In this document: piece by piece, positions 56,571 to 63,110 of the stretch
Layout of the letters: each line of letters opens with the position of its first letter
Numbering within the stretch: the stretch's first letter is position 1
Origin: a virus
UHGV virus genome: UHGV-0363527
Reading direction: 5' to 3' (one strand)
Length of the DNA: 63,110 nt
Notes under the pieces: generated by a model
The model's input: the letters and a program-made list of their open reading frames with translations, nothing else
Database searches by the model: none
Told to the model about the DNA's origin: nothing
Translations under genes and position numbers: made by a program

Positions 56571-58658
56571 ATGACTGAAAAAGATTTTTTCGGTTCTGGA
56601 ACTGTAATCGATTCTGTTGAAAACAAAGATGTACAGGACTTCCTGTCGGAAGTTTCTGACAGTATGCAGGTAGATGAAGATTCCGGTGCAGAAGATACCG
56701 AAGGTGCGCCTGAAACGCCTCAAGGTCTGGCTGCTTTTGTTCGTGAAGCGTTTGACCGATCGGACAGTGCACGTAAGACTATTGAAGAGAAGTGGTTGAA
56801 TGCCCTTCGTCAGTACAAAGGTATCTACTCTCCCGAAGTTCTTGAACGTATGGATCCTCTGCGTAGTAAAGCTTTTGTTCGTATGACAAGAACTAAGGTC
56901 AAGACTGTTGACAGTCGTCTGTCTGATCTGCTGTTCCCTGCGAACGGAGATAAGAACTGGGGTATTGAGCCTACGCCACTGCCACAGTTCAGTAAGACGA
57001 AAGAAGCTGCTATCCTTGAACTTGTTTCTCAGGATCAAGGTAAGCAGGTTAGCTCTGAAGAACTCTATGTTCTTATGCATGATGAAGCTAAGAAGCAAGC
57101 AGGCAAGATGTCCAAGGTTATTGAAGACCAGCTTGCTGAGTTGAAATACCGTGAGATTATGCGGGATGTTATGCATTCTGGTAATCTGTATGGTACTGGT
57201 ATCCTTAAAGGGCCTCTTGTTTCTATTTCTGAAAACCGTCAGTACTATAAGAAGGAAAAGAATGGAGACAAAGAGAAGTGGATACTCTGTGATTATGACT
57301 CCATCACGCCCTTCATCGAAAACGTCCGCATATGGGATATCTACCCGGACATGGAAGCTACTTGCCCCTCAGAATGTAGATATATCATTCAACGACGTAA
57401 GATGGATAAGCACGATGTCATCGGTCTCGGAAAGAGATCAGACTTCAATGGGGACGTAATCTCTACTTATGTTGCTGAGAATCCTGAAGGTGATTATCAG
57501 AAGAAGGACTTTGAGAACCAGCTTACCTCTATGGGTGATGTAATTGACAGCGGTGTTGCTGATGCTGCTCACTCTAAGAAGTACGAAGTGTTTGAGTTCT
57601 GGGGTTTTGTAGATGCTGATGATCTGAGTCAGGTGGGTGTTGAGATTCCTGAACGTATGCAAGGTCAGGTAGAACTGGCTGCAAACATTTGGGTACTTGG
57701 TGACCACGTTATTAAAGCGTCTCTCATGCCTATGGAAGGCGTTAAGTGGCCTTACTTCTTCTACTATTATGACAAAGACGAAACCTCTATCTTTGGTGAA
57801 GGTATTCCGTCTATCATGTCTGATGTTCAGGAGCTGATTAATAGTGCGTTCAGAGCTATGCTGGACAACGCTGCTATCTCTGCTGGCCCTCAGATTGAAG
57901 TAAACCTTGACCTTATGTCGGAAGACGAAGATCCTCGTGATGTCTATCCGTTTAAGGTATGGATGCGTACAGGTGAAGGAGCTGATGCTGCTAACCCTGC
58001 TATCCGTGTCTTCCAACTTCCTAGTTATACTACTGAATTTGAACGGATGATTGAACTCTTCCGCAGCTATGGGGATGAAGTTACTTCTATTCCTCGTCAG
58101 ATGTGGGGAGAACCTTCTGGTGCTGCCGGTCGTACTGCTTCCGGTCTGTCTATGTTGATGGGTTCTGCAAACATTACGATTAAGGATCAGGTCAAGAACT
58201 TTGATGATGGCATCACTAAGCCGTTTATTTCTGCTATGTATCACTGGAACATGAAGTTCAATAGTGATGCTGATATCAAAGGTGACTATGCTGTTCAAGC
58301 TCGTGGTACTTCATCTCTCATCGCTAAGGAAATCAGAGCACAGAGTCTGATTAACTTCGCGCAGATCACTAACAATCAGGTTGACCTTGGTACTGTTAAA
58401 CGTCCGAGCATTATTCGTTCGATCGCTGACGCCCTTGATCTTTCTGATGACAACTTGGTGTACTCTGACAAGGAGATTGAAGTTCAGAAGCAGCAAGCAC
58501 AGAAGCAAGCTCAGGAAGAACGTCAGTGGATGACCGATATGGTTGAGACTGCACGGTCTGAAGGTGTTAGTCCTGCGGCTTTGATTGACAGTCTGAAACA
58601 GCTTCGTGAAGATATGTCTCTGATTAGTCAGCCTGAACAAACGTATCCTCAGAGTTAA
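56571..58658 (+). CDS. portal protein
   Basis: 695-aa ORF between TerL and scaffold; acidic N-terminus; size and synteny. Confidence 0.65.
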   Translation: MTEKDFFGSGTVIDSVENKDVQDFLSEVSDSMQVDEDSGAEDTEGAPETPQGLAAFVREAFDRSDSARKTIEEKWLNALRQYKGIYSPEVLERMDPLRSKAFVRMTRTKVKTVDSRLSDLLFPANGDKNWGIEPTPLPQFSKTKEAAILELVSQDQGKQVSSEELYVLMHDEAKKQAGKMSKVIEDQLAELKYREIMRDVMHSGNLYGTGILKGPLVSISENRQYYKKEKNGDKEKWILCDYDSITPFIENVRIWDIYPDMEATCPSECRYIIQRRKMDKHDVIGLGKRSDFNGDVISTYVAENPEGDYQKKDFENQLTSMGDVIDSGVADAAHSKKYEVFEFWGFVDADDLSQVGVEIPERMQGQVELAANIWVLGDHVIKASLMPMEGVKWPYFFYYYDKDETSIFGEGIPSIMSDVQELINSAFRAMLDNAAISAGPQIEVNLDLMSEDEDPRDVYPFKVWMRTGEGADAANPAIRVFQLPSYTTEFERMIELFRSYGDEVTSIPRQMWGEPSGAAGRTASGLSMLMGSANITIKDQVKNFDDGITKPFISAMYHWNMKFNSDADIKGDYAVQARGTSSLIAKEIRAQSLINFAQITNNQVDLGTVKRPSIIRSIADALDLSDDNLVYSDKEIEVQKQQAQKQAQEERQWMTDMVETARSEGVSPAALIDSLKQLREDMSLISQPEQTYPQS

Positions 58659-58659
58659 T

Positions 58660-58923
58660 ATGACTGATACACCACTTAACGGTAGGCGTGTGAGTTTGGA
58701 GAAAGCCTTCAGACTCACGGCCAATGCCGATCTACAAAAAAATATAGTTGCTTACCTGAAGGTTCTTAGAAGCCAACGGTATAGTAAGTTACTAAGTCCT
58801 GATAATACAGATAACGTAGACCGACTTATCGGTGAACTACGTATGGTACAAAAGCTCTTGGATGTACTGGAACTTGGGAGCGAGCCCCTTTCGGATAACT
58901 TGCTCATGAGCCAAGCCAGTTAG
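58660..58923 (+). CDS. hypothetical small protein
   Basis: 87-aa ORF. Confidence 0.35.
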   Translation: MTDTPLNGRRVSLEKAFRLTANADLQKNIVAYLKVLRSQRYSKLLSPDNTDNVDRLIGELRMVQKLLDVLELGSEPLSDNLLMSQAS

Positions 58924-58963
58924 GACTTAGGGTATTAACCCTCCCTAACTTAGTTATAAAAAT

Positions 58964-59917
58964 ATGAACGATCAGAACAACAAAGATTTCAATGAAGCCT
59001 TCGACGAACTTGCGAAGTCTTACGAAGATCCCTCTAAGGTAGAGCCCTCGTTTGATGATTTCATGAGTGAGCCTGAAGATCCTTCCGAAGAAGAAAACGT
59101 CGTGAGCCAGAATGATGACGATGAAGTTCAGCCTGCAGAAGAACTGGAGCAAGAACAAGAAGCTCCTGTTCAGAATGAACAACAGACTACTGAGCTTCCT
59201 CTGAATTATAAAGAGCTTTATGAAAAGGCAAAGCGTGACGCTGAAGCACAGAATGCTCTGTGGGCTAGCAGACTCACAGATCTGTCTCATAAGTATCAGG
59301 AGCTCAAAGAAGCAAAGAATGCACCTGCACAGACGAAGGAAGAGCCAGATGAACTTCCTGACAATGTGAAGGAACTCTTTGAGATTCATCCTGAAATTGC
59401 TAATGCAGTGAAAGCGCTTGTTGACACTAAGGTGTCTGCTGTTAAGAAGAACGTTGAGACTGAGCTTAAGACTCGGGTTGAACCTATTCAGCAGCAGATC
59501 TTCCAGTCCGAAGCGGATAAGCATTTCAGTACTATCCGTGCTGCCCACCCCGACATCAGTGCGATTTTGGACAGTGGTGATCTCTTTACTTGGATTAACT
59601 CTCTGCCTCCTGTGATGCAGAATGGTGCTAAGTATGTGTATCAGTACGGTACGGCACAGGAAGTTATCTCTCTTCTGGACGACTACAAATCTGCTCGTGG
59701 CGTTAACAAGCCACAGATGACCAAGGCTTCTTCTCCTCAGGTGCAGACAAACCCTGCGTCTGAGACCGAAGACATTGTTAAACAAGTGCTCGCTGCTATG
59801 GCAGTTCGTACTGGCAAGGAACCTATTGATATAAACAATAAGCCTAAAGCCAAACCTCGTGAGAAGTCTTTTGATGATCTTGCTCGTGAGTATGAACGTA
59901 GCAGAAGGACGCGCTAA
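58964..59917 (+). CDS. scaffolding protein
   Basis: 317 aa, highly acidic E/D/Q-rich coiled-coil, located between portal and major capsid. Confidence 0.6.
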   Translation: MNDQNNKDFNEAFDELAKSYEDPSKVEPSFDDFMSEPEDPSEEENVVSQNDDDEVQPAEELEQEQEAPVQNEQQTTELPLNYKELYEKAKRDAEAQNALWASRLTDLSHKYQELKEAKNAPAQTKEEPDELPDNVKELFEIHPEIANAVKALVDTKVSAVKKNVETELKTRVEPIQQQIFQSEADKHFSTIRAAHPDISAILDSGDLFTWINSLPPVMQNGAKYVYQYGTAQEVISLLDDYKSARGVNKPQMTKASSPQVQTNPASETEDIVKQVLAAMAVRTGKEPIDINNKPKAKPREKSFDDLAREYERSRRTR

Positions 59918-59947
59918 ACTCGTTTTTGAAACTAGGAATTATATCTA

Positions 59948-60985
59948 ATGGCTACTCCGAATACTATTATGCATACTGGTGCTACCAGTTCTTCTACTGA
60001 TGGTACTCTCAGCACGATGGCTAATGTCTATGTCGTTGCTAAGATGCTCATCCGTGCTCTTCCTTACCTCGTGTTTGAAAAGTTTGGTCAGGCTTATCCT
60101 CTGCCGACCAAGAGCACGAAGACCGCTAAGTTCCGTCGCTTTGAATCTCTTGATGCCACGCCGAAGGAACTGACCGAAGGCGTTACGCCTACTGCTCAGA
60201 CCTTCTCGGTTACCGACATTGAAGCCACTGTGCATCAGTATGGTAACCTCGTGACCATGACCGACGTTCTGCTCGATACTAACGACTCCCCTGTTATGGA
60301 ACAGGTTACGCAGATCGTGGGTGAACAGGCTGCGGAAACTGTTGAAAACATGCGTATCGGTGTTCTGCTTGGCGGTTCCAACGTTGAGTATGCGAATGGT
60401 GAAGCCCGTGGTGACGTGAACACGCCTATCACTCTGCCTCTGCAGCGTCGTATTACGCGTAAGCTGAAGAACCAGAAGGCTCGCTTCCTGACCGATAGCA
60501 TTAAGTCCACGCCTCGTTTCTACACTGAATCCATCTCTCCCTGCTTCGTGGCTGTCTGCCATCCCGACTGTGAAGCTGACATCCGTTCGATGCCTCACTT
60601 CCAAGACGTGAAGGACTACGGCAACACGTCTCCGTGGGAAAATGAAATCGGCGCTGTTGAAGGCGTGCGTTACCTCTTCACCACTCTGATGAAGAGCTGG
60701 CCGGATGCTGGTGGTACTAAGACGAATGCTGCTGGTGACACGATGGTTTCTACCTCCGGTACCAAGGCTGACGTTTATCCCATCCTCTTCCTTGCGAAGG
60801 ATGCCTATGGTCTGGTGCCCCTGAAGGGTGCTGAGTCCCTGACTCCGGTGATCATCAATCCTTCTCATACTGAATCTGACCCGCTCGCTCAGCGTGCCCA
60901 CGTTGCTTGGAAGACCATGCAGACCTGCGTGATTCTCAATCAGGCTTGGATGGTTCGCGCTGAAGTCGCTTGCACCGACTACTAA
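59948..60985 (+). CDS. major capsid protein
   Basis: 345-aa ORF after the scaffold, strong RBS, followed by a strong terminator-like hairpin. Confidence 0.65.
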   Translation: MATPNTIMHTGATSSSTDGTLSTMANVYVVAKMLIRALPYLVFEKFGQAYPLPTKSTKTAKFRRFESLDATPKELTEGVTPTAQTFSVTDIEATVHQYGNLVTMTDVLLDTNDSPVMEQVTQIVGEQAAETVENMRIGVLLGGSNVEYANGEARGDVNTPITLPLQRRITRKLKNQKARFLTDSIKSTPRFYTESISPCFVAVCHPDCEADIRSMPHFQDVKDYGNTSPWENEIGAVEGVRYLFTTLMKSWPDAGGTKTNAAGDTMVSTSGTKADVYPILFLAKDAYGLVPLKGAESLTPVIINPSHTESDPLAQRAHVAWKTMQTCVILNQAWMVRAEVACTDY

Positions 60986-60998
60986 GCCTTGTCCATAT

Positions 60999-61037
60999 GG
61001 GGAGAACAACTACTCTTGGGGGTTCTCCCCTTTCTCG
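60999..61037 (+). terminator. rho-independent terminator after major capsid gene
   Basis: GGGGAGAACaactactcttggGGGTTCTCCCCtttctcg. Confidence 0.6.
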
Positions 61038-61091
61038 TATCTAGCTCTGCTACACCTAGCTCTACAAACTAAATTTTAAGGTATATTCTTT

Positions 61092-61670
61092 ATGGCTAAC
61101 ATTCCTGTTTTTACTGACACCGATCTCAACTCTGCTTCTGACATGCAGGTTCGGGATATGCTTTTTGAACGTGGTCTGCACATTCCGTTGACGGAAGACA
61201 ATAAGCTTATTCGTAAGCACGCTATTCGACTGTTGATGGACTGGAGACAGGATCACGCTAGTATGAACGAGAATGCACGTAAGTGTCGGGTTATCTTTCA
61301 TACGTCTTCTAATCCTTCTGCTGGCCCTTATGTGTATGCTTCTGTGAACAGTAAGAACTTCCAAGCTCCTTATGGCAAGGAAGTAATTGTTCCTGAGTAC
61401 ATGCTCCGTGAATGCATTGACCGTGCGTACACTACGTCTTATCAGACGCAGCAGGATGAATTCGGTCGGCAGTCTACTGTTGAAGTTCACATTCCTACGT
61501 ATCCCTATACGTTTCTCGGCTATGTTGAGGAACAGGTTGATGGAACGGAAGAAGTGGTTCCCACTCCTGAACAAGTTGGTAAGATGGAAGCTGACGCTCT
61601 TGACGTTCAGCTGGTGATGCCAGTAAAGCGTGGACCCGGTCGTCCGCGTAAGAATTCTGTCAATGTTTAA
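61092..61670 (+). CDS. hypothetical head-associated protein with C-terminal GRP (AT-hook-like) tail
   Basis: 192 aa; ends KRGPGRPRKNSVNV. Confidence 0.45.
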   Translation: MANIPVFTDTDLNSASDMQVRDMLFERGLHIPLTEDNKLIRKHAIRLLMDWRQDHASMNENARKCRVIFHTSSNPSAGPYVYASVNSKNFQAPYGKEVIVPEYMLRECIDRAYTTSYQTQQDEFGRQSTVEVHIPTYPYTFLGYVEEQVDGTEEVVPTPEQVGKMEADALDVQLVMPVKRGPGRPRKNSVNV

Positions 61671-61685
61671 CTAATAAGGATTAAC

Positions 61686-62348
61686 ATGTCTATAGACACT
61701 GTTAAGCTTCTTTATGGTGATGTAGATAATACTCGATTCACGAATGCTCAGTACACTGCTTTTAGAACTAATGCTCTTCACTATTTGTACGTTCTTCGCC
61801 CTGACTTGTTTTGTAAGTCTGTGAGTGTACCGCTTACTAAAGATGCTGCAGGATTGTCTACAGTCAGTGTGCCTACAGGAACTGACTTCATTAAGTTTAA
61901 AGGTCTTATTAAAGATACAGAAAATACCTTCCCTAGGCTAGTGGATTACATTGAAGCTGTTGCTAAGTATCCTACTTGGGGTAGGGAGACAGGTGCTACT
62001 ATTCATGACATTACTGAATACACTGTAGATATCCTTGATAGACTTACGTCTCTGTACTTTGATAAGTTTGTTCCTGACGTACAGGCTGTGCTTGAAGTAA
62101 GTGATCCGTCTTTGACGATTACGGTATCTCCTTGGCTTGATGAAGCCCTTGACAAGTACGTTCTGTACTTGGCTTATTCTTCTGACAGTACTTCTCAGCA
62201 AGACCAAATGCTTGCTCAGCAGTACCTGCAAGAGTTCACGACTATGGTGTCTATGCAACGTCCTATGACGATGCAGGATAAGTCTCCGTATCCTATGCAG
62301 ACACTTGCACGACAGGCTGGTACTCCTGCACAAGGAGGTTCTGAATGA
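61686..62348 (+). CDS. hypothetical structural protein (head completion/adaptor candidate)
   Basis: 220-aa ORF. Confidence 0.45.
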   Translation: MSIDTVKLLYGDVDNTRFTNAQYTAFRTNALHYLYVLRPDLFCKSVSVPLTKDAAGLSTVSVPTGTDFIKFKGLIKDTENTFPRLVDYIEAVAKYPTWGRETGATIHDITEYTVDILDRLTSLYFDKFVPDVQAVLEVSDPSLTITVSPWLDEALDKYVLYLAYSSDSTSQQDQMLAQQYLQEFTTMVSMQRPMTMQDKSPYPMQTLARQAGTPAQGGSE

Positions 62349-63085
62349 TTCCTATTTCTGACTTCTTCCTGCATGTCTATCCTGACGTTGTGGGTTGCCC
62401 CGAGGCGTACATTAAGGATGCCATTCGAGCTTCAGTTATTGAGTTTTGTGATAAGTCTATGGCATACGAACAGGTATACGTTTGCTCAGACCTTGAGAAA
62501 GGTCAGAGTAAGTACGCTCTGAATTACATCAGTTCTGATCTCACTATCGCCCAGCCTCTTACAGTGATCATCGCTAATTGTGGTGACGATTCTGCTGAAA
62601 AAGAACAGGTGTACAAGGTTCTTACTAAGACTAATGAACAAGATCTCGACACGTTGTCTCCTGACTGGAGATTGCAAGAAGCGGAAGTTCCTTCACATTA
62701 CTTTTTTGAGATGCCTAACGTCATTCGTCTTGTGGAACGTCCTACGCAATCTATTGCAAACGGTTTGCACATTCGTGTAGCTGCTCGTCCTTCTCGTACT
62801 GCTGACATGCTGCCAACCTTTCTGTACAACGAATGGTTGGACACTATTGTAGACGGTGCTCTGTATCGTTTGCATTCTATGTCTGGTAAGTCTTGGGCTA
62901 GACCTGAGATGGTAAACTATTATCTACGTCGGTTCCGTGCTGGTATCAGTAGAGCTAAGTCTAAGTTCTATAAGTCTCATGTTGTACAGAGTAAAGGTAT
63001 TCTGCCTGTTGTTACTCTTGGTGAGATGAGGCCGTTTAACCAGCGCCAAGCTGCGAGCAATAGTCTTCGTACTTGGTTTGTTTAA
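62345..63085 (+). CDS. hypothetical structural protein
   Basis: 246-aa ORF, ATGA-coupled to the previous gene. Confidence 0.45.
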   Translation: MIPISDFFLHVYPDVVGCPEAYIKDAIRASVIEFCDKSMAYEQVYVCSDLEKGQSKYALNYISSDLTIAQPLTVIIANCGDDSAEKEQVYKVLTKTNEQDLDTLSPDWRLQEAEVPSHYFFEMPNVIRLVERPTQSIANGLHIRVAARPSRTADMLPTFLYNEWLDTIVDGALYRLHSMSGKSWARPEMVNYYLRRFRAGISRAKSKFYKSHVVQSKGILPVVTLGEMRPFNQRQAASNSLRTWFV

Positions 63086-63110
63086 TCTTCTAACTATATT
63101 GGGTACAAAA

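Noticed and set aside
57438-61009. Long minus-strand ORFs antisense to portal (57438..58298), scaffold (58904..59785) and major capsid (59945..61009) genes
   Set aside because: Shadow ORFs of highly expressed + strand structural genes; translations are low-complexity R/S/L-rich

Overview
The window appears to be a complete phage genome of about 63 kb, written in a circularly permuted form so that the structural gene block runs across the window end into its start. Evidence for this: a '+' strand late block (54118..63085, then 5..18781) in the order small/large terminase, portal, scaffold, major capsid, tail and fibre proteins, internal virion proteins (including a 2328-aa giant) and a holin-like membrane protein. 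A '-' strand early/middle block (53974 down to 19097) carries a T7-like replication module: separate Cys4/TOPRIM primase and DnaB/gp4-like helicase, a family-A DNA polymerase split in two by an HNH-endonuclease-containing insertion (probable group I intron), ATP-dependent DNA ligase, T7 endonuclease I homologue, Cas4/RecB-like PD-(D/E)XK nuclease, DHH phosphoesterase and ThyX. It also carries an M15 peptidase (endolysin candidate), three paralogous HNH endonucleases and many small Cys-rich ORFs. I could not recognise a phage RNA polymerase. Instead, TTGACA-N15-18-TAT(C/A)(T/C)T sigma70-like promoters recur, so host-RNAP transcription seems likely. A lipobox lipoprotein and a signal-peptide protein suggest a Gram-negative host. 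Features not explained by the protein-coding annotation: a 2.3-kb ORF-free region (50782-53080) with TTTGTAC iterons, structured G-rich segments and a promoter-to-terminator unit that could produce a ~400-nt noncoding RNA; a 57-nt regulatory element present twice (18987-19042 and 30693-30750); tandem bidirectional terminators where the two transcription blocks converge; an AT-rich repeat region between primase and helicase (candidate origin); and a GC-rich island (~41.4-46.3 kb) carrying a GNAT acetyltransferase and unknown genes, with a 14-bp inverted repeat at its left edge. No tRNA, CRISPR array or reverse transcriptase was recognised. All functional calls come from motifs read by eye and need HMM/BLAST confirmation.
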